A stretch of DNA of 64,000 nucleotides from Octopus vulgaris (GCA_951406725.2 OX597822.1:31682001-31746000), one strand, 5' to 3'; positions 13,853-27,487 are shown, counted from the first letter of the stretch. The notes: generated by a model from the sequence alone, not told the origin. Numbers and translations are program-made.

Positions 13853-13913
13853 GATAAAACTCTGAGTTTCGGATGCTGAGGTGGAAATCCATGCCGTCAT
13901 ATCTACAGTTATC
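13853..13913 (-). ncRNA. Type I hammerhead-like motif with mutated core (CTGTAGA)
   Basis: Minus strand gataa-CTGTAGA-tatg...catcc-GAAA-ctcagag-TT-ttatc. Confidence 0.5.
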
Positions 13914-13995
13914 CAGCCATCGGAAAAATACTATTTTAACACAGTAATTTCCCTTTGTATAACGGTCATTTTTCATAGTATTTTTCCGATGGCCG

Positions 13996-14056
13996 GATAA
14001 CTGAAGAGATGGCGCAGTGGATTTCTACTTCGGCAGCTGAAACTCGGAGTTTTATC
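13996..14056 (+). ncRNA. Type I hammerhead ribozyme-like motif
   Basis: gataa-CTGAAGA-[stem II region]-GAAA-ctc-g-gag-TT-ttatc: stem I gataa/ttatc, intact core boxes, palindromic stem III; stem II poorly paired. Confidence 0.6.
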
Positions 14057-14169
14057 AAGGCTACCGAATAATTGTCACATATTACATTTACAGATAAATT
14101 CCTCTATTTCCATAATATCGAGTTCCCTTTCATTCGTTTGTTGGCTTACCATTTTTATCAACATATATG

Positions 14170-14207
<38 letters not shown>

Positions 14208-15949
14208 CGATGATGTGTAGACATCACAGCATATATCTACAATATTCAAGCGCTCAGTTATGAGTACGTCGCTAAACTCCAATACCTTATTACATTTTGA
14301 TATACATTTAGGGAATTAATTTGCATATACGTAAAAGACGGGCTAAAACGGTAGTTGAAGGCAACATATTTAGAAAAATAACAGATGCAGTAAAACACAA
14401 ACTTTATAGACGATTCATAATTCAATTGCATATGTGCGTGCGCGCATGTGTGTGAATGTGTGTCAGAGAAAATGTGCTTAGGTGAGGTTGCAATTACTGT
14501 TATGTGACTTAGAAATCCGTTCGGTGCAATTGAATGAGACTTGAATATTGATACGTTAATGAACACGGAATGGAAGCACGTATTAATAAAAATATTATGT
14601 TCATTTCCAGATAACTTTGTCATCATTCAACTTTTCAATTTCTGCCCGGCTATTCTTAAAGATCTGCTCAATGACCTAAGCTTTAATTTGAAAAGACTAT
14701 GATCAAAGTTTTGTGCGAGATAGCTACATTTCTAGCACATCAGATGAGCATTTTGACACTTCATCGTTGATTCGCCGAGTATTTCGATATAGAGTGTACT
14801 AAATGGCACCATGCAAAACCCCACCTTCGAGAGAAATAATTATAAATAGTGTTAATAGATAACTTCATGCTGGGAAAAGTGGTAATGATAGCAATATTAG
14901 TTGTAATAGTAACAGGAAAGATGATGCTATGGGAAGCGCTTTCAATGAACTTGACGAGCATCATGAGGCATAAAGCCATTCTAAATATAAATCTCTATCA
15001 CAGTAATATTTAATCCGTTTTTATGTATTTTTCACAGACATAGCCCAGCAGGATACATATACAGAAATACAAACCAACGCACGCACACACACGCATGCAC
15101 ACATACAGACATATATACAAATGCACCCGTATGTATGTGAATAATACTTTTCTATTAGGCTCGATTAATAATCTTCCTACGTTTTGCATATCGTTATTAT
15201 TTGTTATATTTGTATTGATGCATATCTCTGTATATATGTGTGTGTATATATGCAAGTGGGTGAGTATTCTTGTGTGATGCGTGTGTATGTGTACTTGTGT
15301 GAGTGCATGTGTGTGTGAATATGTGTTTGCGTGTATCTTTGCGCTTAACTCTGTCTACACGCGTGCAATTCTCAAACCGTATATAAATTATTTGCGCTTC
15401 CTGTCAGATAGAATGATAAATAATTCTTCATGTTTTATCAAAGATATCTAAGAGTACTGACCGAATTAGACATTCCATCAAGAAACTGCTCTTATTCTAA
15501 ATATTTCTTTATATAGGTTTTGTACCTCTTGCTTTATTTTCAAGATTCTTCCGACTTCGTCCCATCTATCAAAGTATATGACAGGTTCAGAGCTTTAAAA
15601 TAATTTGCTTATTTTTTCTGATACAGGTGCTGACACTTTTCGTAACAATTTTGTCACATTTTATTTTGTGTTAAATCAATTCATGTACTTGGAAAAAAAT
15701 ATTCTCTCAGTGTAAGATTAACTACATTTTTTCCCCTTTTATTTGTATTTCTATTCATTATTTTATAATATTATTTATTTATCCTATGCTACTTCAGTAT
15801 TAAAGATAAATTACTTGTGCACGAAACATTTTGGAAATTGTTTTTGTGTGTGTGTGTGTGTGTGTGCGTATACACATAGGCATGCATACTAGTATGTATA
15901 TATAAACATGTATATATATATATATATAAATTTAGACGCTTGTGTTAAG

Positions 15950-16168
15950 GTGTGCTGGTAGAATCGTTAGCACACCGGGAGAAATGTTTAGTAATATCTT
16001 GTCCAACGTTACGTTCTGCCGAAATTGCACTGAATTAATTTTTTTTTCATTTAATATATTTTGTCCATCCAGTGTCGATAAAATGATTACCATTTGACGC
16101 CGGGGTCTATATAATCGATCTAACCCCTCACTCTAAATTGCTGGACCCGTTCCAAAATATGAAATCAA
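15950..16168 (+). mobile_element. SINE type B, old copy
   Basis: ctggtagaatcgttagcacaccggg head; gtcgataaaatgattacc domain; aaattgctggacccgttccaaaatatgaaatcaat tail. Confidence 0.7.
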
Positions 16169-16644
16169 TATTTATGCATATGTTTTAAAAATATTCTTAC
16201 TGGGTATTGTTCAAAAAGGATTCATATTATCTTGCTATCTGTTTATTCTGCATAATATTTTGATTGGGATAATCTATTTTGACGATACTGCCGTTAATAT
16301 AGTAAAATTGCTTCGACATTTTAACCCGTTTGCACATCGACAAGTGTATTCAAGATACGCCAAGTTTTAATACAACACGTATCAGTTAAACTGAATAGAA
16401 AAAACTATGAGAAAGTCCGTCAGTATATTCTTGTGCTGACATAACGCATATAGGGTGTAACTAATCCATTTTAGTCTCTCATTTTATTTCATTTTGCGCA
16501 GTGTTAATATTTCGCTCAAGTGGTCTTACCCAAATCTCCCACTTGAGTTGTAGTTCAGGATTTTGCTTCGCTCAAGATTTGCGTTAATCCTGCAGAGAAA
16601 TGATAACAGGTGTTTGAGACTTGATAATATGTCTTACTCTTTTT

Positions 16645-16860
16645 CTCGTTTACACGTTTCAGCATTTGACCGCGGCCATGCTGGGGCACTGCTTTAAAGG
16701 GGCTTAGTCGACAAAATCGACACCAGTTCTTATTGTTTGTAAGCTTATACTTGTTCTGTTGGTTTCTTTTGCCGAACTGCTAGGTTACAGAGACGTAATC
16801 ACCCCAACACCGGTTGTCAAGAGATGTTGAGGGGGACAAACACAGACACAAAGACATACG

Positions 16861-16916
<56 letters not shown>

Positions 16917-17037
16917 CAACGGGTTCCTTTCAGTTCCCGTCTACCAGATCTACTCTTAAGGCTATATTCACAAGTTTATAGTAGAAGACACTTGCTACGA
17001 AGTGGAACTGAAATCAGAAGCATTTGGTTAGAAAGCT
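16645..17037 (-). mobile_element. SINE type A, diverged
   Basis: gcggccatgctggggcactgc...gccgaactgctaggttac...cagttcccgtctacca. Confidence 0.8.
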
Positions 17038-17784
17038 TCTTTTGTTATTTTGCCGTTTTTACCAATATATACACATATGCATACATGGCAAATTGAAGAC
17101 GGAAGATGCCATATACCCATATACATAACGATCCCTGTGAAAGAGACCGCACTTTACCAGTAAGCTTCCAGGTGTAAACCATTCGTTTTACTATCCATTA
17201 TATACACACACAAGCACAGACACACACACACATACACACAAAACTCAGAGCCGTGCATGGAGATCGAACGGTAAAATTAAACGTGAGATAAATTAGTTCT
17301 TTGTGATGTAACACAATGGACAAGTGGGTGTATTTGTCAAGATGATCTTAAAATAATCATAGGTGACTATGAGCACTGGTGGCTAATTTGGCATCGTGCA
17401 CTGAGACATGTTCATATTTTAAAACTGCTCTGAAACATTTACTAAGCATAGAAATATTACTGATACTCGCTGTGATATTTGTAGTAGAATATTCTTTTTG
17501 AAGTACAGAGCTTCGACTCACCAAGAAATACACTATATGAAAGAAAACCGTCAACCACTCTGATGGTTTTCGTTTTTAGAAGTTATTTAAGAATTACTTA
17601 AAAGACGGACAGGAGCAAAATCGTTTCACCCAAGAAGATTCTTCCACAAAGAAATTACTATAAACAATCGTAGTTATTAATGTCACATGAACGTGAAATT
17701 CTTGTGTTTAACAGTCGATATAAATGTTGTTTGTCTACACAATTTACATTTGATGGATATGTTTCCTCATCTCGTTTGTTGTTA

Positions 17785-17828
17785 ACACAACGTTTCGGCT
17801 GATGTACTCCCCAGCCTTCATGAGGTGT
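17785..17828 (-). ncRNA. Minimal type I hammerhead in the Penelope terminal repeat, core mutated (CTCATGA)
   Basis: acac-CTCATGA-a-ggctg(gggagtacat)cagcc-GAAA-cgtt-gtgt: stems I and II pair, palindromic stem III. Confidence 0.7.
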
Positions 17829-18063
17829 CCTGAGGGGAGTTTCGAACCTGGGTTCTCATTCCTAAGGTATTTTCCCGATGTTATTATTCAGGTCATTGCC
17901 TGGAATCGAACACTGAATCTTGGAGTGAATTTTATGGCTTAGAAATCTAATATTTCCCTATCCTTCCTTTTTTACCGGTTCCCATATGCTGCTCATATCT
18001 GCATTAGGTCTGCTTAAGAATTTATTATGTTCAAGCATACGTGCTGCCTCTTTTTCGCATTTT

Positions 18064-18632
18064 TCACTGGTGTAATCTGTCTATTAGTTTAACTTCATCC
18101 CACGTGCGGAGGTGGTTTTCTTTTTTCCATACATGATCAGCTACACTCGATTTATCAATATCTCCTCGTGTCACAGGTTTGCAATGTGTCTCTACTCTTA
18201 TTTTGAGGGGGCGGCATGTTTCGCTTTTGTATAACCTACGACAGCTGCATGGGATGGAGTACACGCAGTCCTCGGTCATATTCTCTTCTATTGGCGGTTT
18301 TAACCGAAGGAGATATTTGCGAAGTGTTGTATTACTCTTGAATACCGTCCTGATGACATATGGGATGCATATCTTTTGTATCTTTTCGGAGAGGGCTTTC
18401 ACACAGGGTAGAGAGACTGTGGTCAGTTTATGGCTTTCACCCTCTCTTCTCTTCTTTATTGTAGTGGATAATATATTTTTGGGGTAGTTGTTGCTTAATA
18501 CATTGTTAATTAGCTTGATCATTTCTTCGTGGTGTGTATCAGGATCGCTAGTTATATCATTTGTACGAAGATTTAGGCACTGAGCAATCCCTCTCTTTAC
18601 ACTGTATGGATGGTGGGAATTGAAGTTTAGAT
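18064..18632 (-). pseudogene. Penelope-like RT C-terminus and GIY-YIG endonuclease fragment
   Basis: ORF 18064-18522 plus upstream YLNFNSHHP motif; YIG motif degenerate (YKS). Confidence 0.85.
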
Positions 18633-18917
18633 ATCATCTCGTGAAGAATGGATCCAGGACATCCATTTACCGTAAGCCGAAACGTTATGTTAACAACAAA
18701 CAAGATGAGGACAAATATCCGCCAAATGTAAGTAATATAAATAATTCCTCATCTCTGAAACGAAAGTGTCGTTTGGTTTGTCCATTTCTCCAGACACGCA
18801 TTATTATGTCTAGAGATTGCAAAAAAACAAAAGAGCTTAAAAGAACGATACAGGGTGAGTTATCAGCGGGTTGAGTGCAAATATTGGGCTTGATAACAGG
18901 CAAAGCGTTAATATTGG

Positions 18918-18968
<51 letters not shown>

Positions 18969-19407
18969 TTGACAAAGAAAGAATCATGGAGACAGAGGCT
19001 GAGGGTGGGAAATAGGAGATGTAGAAAATGGCAAAGTTATAGGAGGAGTCGTACTGACGAGAAATTTGTTTTCTTGAATTACATTTTAAGGTAATAAATA
19101 TTTCTCTTTTGAAAATTAATATCCATTTCATTATTTTGTGTAACCACAATGGAATTTGATAAAAGTTAAATTATAATTATTGTATGCATGCTAAATTTTT
19201 TAATATTACACATGTTCTTGGAAGTACTCTCTGAATGCTATCTGTCGAATGATGGGTAAAAACTGGAGTAGTTGTAATAATACACAAAAGAAGATACAAT
19301 GTAAAAACGAAAACTACATTTTTTTTTACACTTGGTGAAAAAATATACAACTTCACACATATACATAAGTTTACATTGATAATGTACTCACTGAAACAAA
19401 CACAGGT

Positions 19408-19463
<56 letters not shown>

Positions 19464-19599
19464 ACGCTGACGCACTCACTCACTCACACACACACACACA
19501 TACACAAACACACACACACTTGTATTCGCTAAAATCAATAAACGACTAATCGCAAATGAAACAATTTTCACTAAGCGATATCCAAGGAGATAGGAAATA

Positions 19600-19612
19600 C
19601 ATAGATAGATAA

Positions 19613-19695
<83 letters not shown>

Positions 19696-19766
19696 AATAG
19701 ATAGAAAATTGATAGATATAAATACATAGATAGATGTATAGATAGATAAATAGATAGCTAGCTAGC

Positions 19767-19823
<57 letters not shown>

Positions 19824-19828
19824 TGATT

Positions 19829-19871
<43 letters not shown>

Positions 19872-19929
19872 TGATTGATAGATAGATAAATAGATATATA
19901 GATACATAGATGTATAGATAGATAAATAA

Positions 19930-19991
<62 letters not shown>

Positions 19992-20005
19992 GGATGGATA
20001 GGTAA
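19600..20005. repeat. (AGAT)n tetranucleotide microsatellite, ~400 bp
   Basis: Direct inspection. Confidence 0.95.
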
Positions 20006-20539
20006 ATAGATGAAGAATAAGAGTGAGAGAAAGTGAGAGGGGAGAGAAAGAAAGAGAGAAATTAAATAAAAAAAAGTTTGAAGGCATTTCCTTCGTGAAT
20101 ATTGAACGGTAAAATAAAATGTGAGGTAGATTATTTCTTCGTGATGTAAGACAGTACACTGGTGGGTGTATTTGTCCACATGATCTTAAAATGAACATAT
20201 TGAATAAACATTTAAAATAATTACTTTGTGCTTTCTGTTCAATATTTTTTAATTCATATTTTACTAATGCTGACAAATTTTGCACATATTATTAGTTAAC
20301 TGGTATCTTTATCTTTTCCTATTTTTCAGTGCGTGGGCTAGCATTGATGTTATGAGTGCATGTTTAAAGAAATATGTTTGTTTCATATCTATGTATAAGA
20401 GGATGCACCGAATTATCTATCGCAGCGATAGAATTACTGCAGTGGCAGTGGAGATAATCCAACCGCACAATATCATTTTGGTATGTATTCAAGGCAAGAT
20501 TTAGAATTTAATTCAAACAGGTTAATGCTTCAATGCTTC

Positions 20540-21345
20540 AATGCTTCATAGAATCGTTCAGCATCCTCGCTATCAAGTGGCAAACTGAAACATCTGACAA
20601 AGAGCTCCTTGGAAACGCAGGTTGTACGAGCATCAATCCGTTCCTCACACTCACCCAAATCCGTAGGTCAAGCTATGTAGTATGTATGGAATATAATAAA
20701 AACCCAAAGAAGCTGTTCTGCGATGAGCTTAGCACCGGAAAACACCTGTACACAGATCAAGAAACAGAAAAAGCCTGCCTGAAGGAAGTTAGAATCGATG
20801 GTAAATGCTTGAAAGTGAAGGCACAATGGCCCAGTGGTTGGGACAGCGGACTTGCTGTCGGAGGATCGCGGTTTCGATTACCAGACTATTGTGTGTGTTT
20901 ACTGAGCGAAAATACTTAAAGCTCCACGAGCCTCCAGCATGGGGTGGTGGCGACGCTTGTTATACTTTTTCGCCCCACCTTTCTCTCACTCTTTCTTCCT
21001 GTTTTTCGAGTAACGCTGCGATGGACTGGTGTCCTGTCCAACTGGAGGAAACACATACGCCATAGAAACCGGGAAACCTGGCTAGGTTTGAAAAGGGCGC
21101 ATAAATAATAAATATTTAAAATGTTTGGAAAAAAAACTTGGTTGCAAATACATATAAGAAAGTATTGTGCAACATTTGTAGAGGGTCACCTTGAGCACGA
21201 AAGGTTAAATTGTTGGCGTCGAGTGGGTTGTCATAAGAACATCGATGAAAGCATAATGTGCTGCAAGTGCGAAACATGTGGTAACGAGATTCTTTTAAAG
21301 ACTAGGTGTATTATTCGTTTGACGTCCTATAAAAGACCGACTTGA
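20540..21345 (+). pseudogene. RTE (BovB-like) LINE 3' ORF fragment, split by a SINE at 20817-21110
   Basis: ILAIKWQ..SDKELL..AG.TSI...L...QIR...YV..M....NPKKLF..EL..GK before the SINE and a C..CG zinc-finger-like end (CKCETCG) after it resemble the RTE C-terminal pattern. Confidence 0.75.
20817..21110 (+). mobile_element. Chimeric SINE: type D head and body with the type C (V-domain-like) 3' module
   Basis: aatggcccagtggttgggacagcggac head as at 31516; gtaacgctgcgatggactggtgtcctgtcca...aaaagggcgcat tail as at 55517. Confidence 0.85.
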
Positions 21346-21920
21346 TGCAACGTCCTCACCCTTTGCTCAGGTTATTCAACTTCAGTATAACATGAATAAG
21401 TCGATTCCATGTTTGAAAAGACATATTTCATTACACAAATATCAAATCTTACAAAGTAAAACAGGATCAATCCACGGCATGTTATAACATACGTGCGTAT
21501 ATTTATGCTTCAAAACATGCAAATCTGCCATGAGATTGAATAAGGGGAAATCAGAAATGTCATTGACAACGCAGGGACACAAAGCAATCATCTGCAATCA
21601 CAGTATGTCTATGATTTCGACCAGCACTGGGTCCTTCACAAATATCGGTCGCGAAAAAACCATCTATTATAAATCAGTTTCAGATCATTTCACTAACAAA
21701 CTTTGGATTGGCGCGACTCCAAGATGAAAAAAAAAACGACAAAAAAACTAGGTGATGCATGCTGGGATTGATCTCGTGATTTCCTGTATTATGATTATCC
21801 TTAGTCAACCGGCCGCCAACACTTTTTTCTTCAAAATTAGGGGTAGCTTATCCTGTTCCGGCCATATTAGCATTATCCTGCATCTGAGAATTCAAAATCA
21901 CGTACTATAACTATATATAC

Positions 21921-21992
<72 letters not shown>

Positions 21993-21997
21993 TTTTA

Positions 21998-22393
21998 GTT
22001 TTTATTTGTTTCAGTTATTTCAGTTATGCTGCAGCACCGGCGTTAGTCGAAGACATCGACCCCAGGACTTATTTTTTTGTAAGCCTAGTACTTATTCTAT
22101 CGGGCCTTTTTGCCAAACCGCTAGGTTACGGGGACATGAACATATCAATATTGGTTGCCAAGTGAAGCTGAGGTGACAAATTCAGGCACACAAACATACA
22201 CATACACGTACGTACACACACATACGTAAATACGACGGGTTTCTTTCAGTTTCCGTCTACCAAATCCATTCACAAAGCTTTAGTCAGTCCGAGGTTATAG
22301 TAGAAGACACTTGCCAAAGGGACAACGCAGTGGGACTGAACCCGGAACCATGTGGTTGGTAAGTAAGCTACTTACCACACATCCCCTTCTGCG

Positions 22394-22395
<2 letters not shown>
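21998..22395 (-). mobile_element. SINE type A
   Basis: Similarity to other copies; lies between (TA)n tracts. Confidence 0.85.
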
Positions 22396-22457
<62 letters not shown>

Positions 22458-23194
22458 CAACAATTGAGGGTAAAATCAATTAGTTACTAATCAATTTCAC
22501 CAAGTATTCAGTATGTAAAAGGACCATTTAAGGCGAATTCAAAATATTACATTATATAAAAGGGCTTAGTAAAATAAATTACTTTGCCACATACTGAACT
22601 CATTAGAAATAGCAGCCAAAAAAGTTTTTTTAGCTATTTCTAATACTTAAAGAAAATTTCTCTCAGATAGTGTTTATATATATACATATATTTGGTGGCG
22701 GTGTTCATATATACATTATATATATATACATACATCTGGTGGTATATATGTATATATTTTATACACTCTAACCAAGCACATCTCACCCACATATTTTACT
22801 ATTTCTAGATTTCCAGTAAAGAAATCGTTAGTGAAAAGAGTATTAGTAACCTTTGAACTAATTATAATTTACAGTTAACTGAATTTATACCTTGAAAAGA
22901 TTGGTACATATTTATCGATCATAGAGCAATGAAACGAAAAGTCGAGTCTTGGAGATATTTACATTCAGATACCAAACGGGAATAATTTAAATAATGGCAG
23001 GAATTTTCACTCACACTCTACCGTTCAGAGCTCTTGAAAGCACTTGAAAACATAATCATTATTGCAGCATCACCAAATCATCAAGTACTTGAGATGCCGA
23101 ACTTAAAATATTGCACTGAATTATTGTTTCTAAATCAGCATGGATTCCCCCGTGCACACACACATACATACACATATACATACATACTTTTTAC

Positions 23195-23581
23195 TCTCTT
23201 TTACTTGTTTCAGTCATTTGGCTATGATGGAGCACTGCCTTTAGCCGAGCAAATCTACCCCAGGATTTATTCTTTGTAAGCCTAGTACTTATATCGGTCT
23301 CTTTTGCCGAACCGCTAAGTTACGGGGACGTAAACACACCATATTTTTTTGGGGGGGGGAGAGGCAAACAGAGACACACAGTCATATACACACACACACA
23401 CATACATATACATATATACGACGGGCTTCTTTCAGTTTCCGTCTACCTAATTCACTCACAAGGCTTTGGTTGGCCCGAGGCTATAGTAGAAGGCACTTGC
23501 CCAAAGTGCCACGCAGTGGGAATGAACCCGGAACCACGTGGCTGGTAAGCCAACTACTTACCACACAGCCACTACTACGCC
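23195..23581 (-). mobile_element. SINE type A
   Basis: Similarity to other copies. Confidence 0.88.
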
Positions 23582-25101
23582 TACAAAAATGCTGTAAGGG
23601 TAAGCGGTTTATGGACATGAAAACAAGGGTAACCTCATAGACTGGCCTTATCTACTTTTTATCCATATACTCTACTGTTCTAGAACTTCTAGTGTGCTTC
23701 GTTTAAGGATTTATGATTTACCGACGATATATGTATATATATTTGTGTTTGTGTATATGTATATGTATATGTATTCATGTATGTATGTACGTCAAACAGA
23801 GACGTTTTGTTATAGATACATATAGTAACATGGTATTTCACGATACCGAATATTAGATCCTACAGGAATAACGTTGCGGTGTTATTATTAAAAAAGAAAA
23901 TAAGTCGAATGATGACAGGGAAGTGAGCCACATATATTCCAAGCAGATACAGCAATCTTTCTTACATATTTTTGAATTCCTTTGCTGCGCTTCTGCTTCA
24001 GAGACTGAATTTATCACGCACGAGTGTATCTATTACAAGCAGGTGCAAAGAAAGAATACTTGCCCATACTCTACAACGATTTTCTCTGTCATTCTTTTAT
24101 TCAATGAATTATTTACAATCCAGCAAGCCAGTGTCGAGAAAACACTCCTTGCCCAATGTATGCTTCGACAATGTAGTTACTTTCAAAAGATTTGTGAGCA
24201 ATTTTATATGGCATCTCACTAAACAAACTAGTTATATACAAATGAATACATTTCTCCGTACACAGGTTTTCATAATATTGTTACATTTAATATTTAACCT
24301 GAAATTCACCTGGCACACGCAGGTAAATTTTTGTAGTTTCATTGTAGTATTTGTAGGCACACATTTCCCACCAGTTTCTACTGTTTTATGAGCTGTTTCA
24401 ACGCTCTCAGATGATACTCCTTGAAAATATCTATCACGCCTTATCAAATTGACTAAAGCAAAGGAGTTGAAGATTGGATCAAAGGAGATGAGGCCTGGAG
24501 CAAAGAAGAGAGATATTGGGCATTGAAACCTTTTGAATTTTGGCTTTTGGAAGTAATATTATTGTAGGGACCTAAATTTTTGTACCACTAAAAACATTTC
24601 CTCAGATACAGAACGGTCGAAAAATCAATTCGAGACTGATTTTTCTTCGTTAAAATTAAAGGTCTTTCTATACATCTTTCTTCATCTTCATGTTCGTGTC
24701 AAATCAATACTCTTTTCTCACACACCATTAGGTAATACCTTATCCTTTCATCGTATGTTACTGGATATTTTGTCCACCAAACTAATTTACTATGGCTCTG
24801 ATCACTTTCCGTTTTTCCTTATCCATTCACTTTTCACGCCATCGACATGAATGCTCTTAATTTCATCATTATTCTGTTTTTCCGCTACACTGTCTTCTTC
24901 TTTCTAATGTTTACCTCTCTGAAGACAAGCTAATCTCGTAATATCAAAGGCACTTCTACTCAGTTGATCTCTCATTGAGCGCCAAACTAATTATGTAACA
25001 TTGTTTTCATTTTGTCTTCTATCTTTTTATTTCACGTCTATAATTTCCATAATGTCCACGCGTGTGTGCGCGCAATTCAGTATGTATATTAAGTATGTAC
25101 A

Positions 25102-25563
<462 letters not shown>

Positions 25564-25877
25564 TGTGTATGTGTTAGTGTGTGTGTGTTACTGCGTTTTT
25601 GAAGAGGACCTAAGCTCGAAATATCAAAGACATTTCTACTTACTTAATCTCTCATTCAGCGACAAACTAATATTGCGGCTTTGTTTTCATTTCGTCTTCT
25701 GTCTCATTATTCTCCTCCATAATCTTGTCGTATATTCTGTCTCCCTCTTTATTTCTCTCTTTCTCTTTGTATGCACACACTCACACTCACACATACACAC
25801 ACACACGCACACACATATATACACGCTCATTTCCTATCATACGTATATGCACACACACACATATATATATATATATC

Positions 25878-25957
<80 letters not shown>

Positions 25958-26339
25958 TATAGATAGATGTGTGTGTATGTGTGTGTGTATAACCACATAA
26001 ATATGTCATATGCGTGTGCGCACACCAACACACACACACGCACATATACACACAAATAGATGCACACGTGCTCATTGTAATACGCTATAACAAATTTTCT
26101 TCCTTCCATTGTTCTTTTCTCTTATTAAATCTTATGGCATAACTCCGAAATATTCATTATTGTTTGCAAAGAAGTAGCCTATATATACTTGGCCAGCGAA
26201 AGAATCATATTATATTATTTTGGTGAAAAAGAACCGAATGTATTAATTACTGTTATCACAACAAATTTCGCCTCAGAGTCGCGGGCGATTTTGAGGGCCC
26301 ATCAAATCCTGTCACTGATTATATACGTCCCCAAAGTCC

Positions 26340-26700
26340 ATCCCTCCTCACCATGGTGGGGACGCTGGCAACGGGTAGTGTCAGAGCTATGCCGTCGAGA
26401 ACTAAGGTCCCTGGTAGGGATACCCAAGGCGGCTTGGTCTGACACCGAGTGGTATTAAGGCCACAACCCGGCAGACGGGGCTCTGGTGAAAATCCTCGGT
26501 GTGTCTGTTTCGGCAACCGGCGGCTCCTCGATCGTTCTGTCTTTGAGTCTGCGGACAATCTACGGCAAACAGGATGTCTCTACATGCGGGATTGTTGGGG
26601 ACCGCTTGTGAAATCCACATATTACCACGAAACTTCTTCCAGAAGAAGCCGACTCAACCCGCCTAGGGTGAATGTCGCCAGAAGTACAAGTGCACGTAAG
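26340..26700 (+). mobile_element. RTE-clade LINE 5' UTR-like segment
   Basis: GC-richer island; gagctatgccg...gtagggatacccaaggcgg..ggtc resembles the BovB/RTE 5' motif gagccatgccg..gtagggccacccaagacgg..ggtc (recalled, not aligned). Confidence 0.55.
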
Positions 26701-26799
26701 TACTGATTATATGCATTAGATGTAAAAGCTATTAAACGAATTCTCTCTTAATCTGTCATTCAGTTACAAAATTATTTGTTTGTCTTTGCTATAGACACA

Positions 26800-26990
26800 A
26801 GGCTGAAGTTATGTTAATGGGCTAATCCATTACACTGACTTCAGTATTCAACCGGTATTTGTTTTCATCGATAACGATTTGATGGAAGGTGAAGTCGAAT
26901 CCGGGGAAATTTTAACTGAGAATGTAATGCCGGAGGAAATGACACTAAGCATTTTGTCCGACTTGCAAACGATTCTCCGCAGCTCCTTGC
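26800..26990 (-). mobile_element. SINE type B, old copy
   Basis: gaaggtgaagtcgaatccggggaaattttaactgagaa...ctaagcattttgtcc. Confidence 0.6.
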
Positions 26991-27102
26991 TTTGGCGGGA
27001 AAACTAATGATACCCTTCTCTATTATTATGCATTAGTAGACATGGGACGTTAGAGGTGGACGCTTTGTATAAGGCCAATGATTCGAGCCGGAGCAGGAAA
27101 CT

Positions 27103-27237
27103 CGATTACATCGACCCCTGTGATCAACTGGTTCACATGTTATGATGTTATGGACCTCGAAAGATGAAAGGCGAAGTGGAACCCGGTGGAATTTGAACTT
27201 AGAACGGACAGATGGACGAAATACTTGCCAAGCATTG
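27103..27237 (-). mobile_element. SINE type B, old partial copy
   Basis: tcgattacatcgacccc...gaaagatgaaaggcgaagt...gaatttgaactt. Confidence 0.65.
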
Positions 27238-27365
27238 TGCTACACACATACACGCAAAGACACACACAGACACACACGCACGCAAGCAGGTATGTATGTG
27301 TGTATGTATGTATATATATGTATGTATGTACATATGTATGTATGTACATATGTATGTATGTATGT

Positions 27366-27487
27366 GGCTGCAGATCTCGTGGTAGTAGCAAATATTCGAA
27401 CGAGACCTTCGAAGACCAAAGTGGAGAAAGGTTCCGTGCCAACGGCGGCCGAGCACGAGACAGTAGGTCCTAAGAAGTGGGCGAAAT

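Larger units (their letters stand above)
13813..14165. mobile_element. Palindromic element with 122-bp arms (13813-13934 / 13975-14096), each arm carrying a hammerhead-like motif; probably a Penelope-like terminal-repeat derivative, inserted in (TA)n
   Basis: Arms are reverse complements with scattered mismatches; 40-bp spacer; TA repeats on both sides. Confidence 0.8.
17744..18731 (-). mobile_element. 5'-truncated Penelope-like retroelement with inverted partial terminal repeat
   Basis: Encodes RT C-terminus YLNFNSHHPYSVKRGI and GIY-YIG-like VYSIPCSC..LYKSETCRPL; 17744-17800 is the reverse complement of 18675-18731; hammerhead-like motif in the 3' repeat. Confidence 0.9.

Noticed and set aside
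22453-22675. Insert in (TA)n with a 12-bp inverted repeat attagaaatagc/gctatttctaat
   Set aside because: Likely another microsatellite-embedded repeat, but single in this window and without a diagnostic motif
23923-24391. Overlapping 99-aa and 139-aa ORFs in non-repetitive sequence
   Set aside because: No recognisable domain, start context or splice structure
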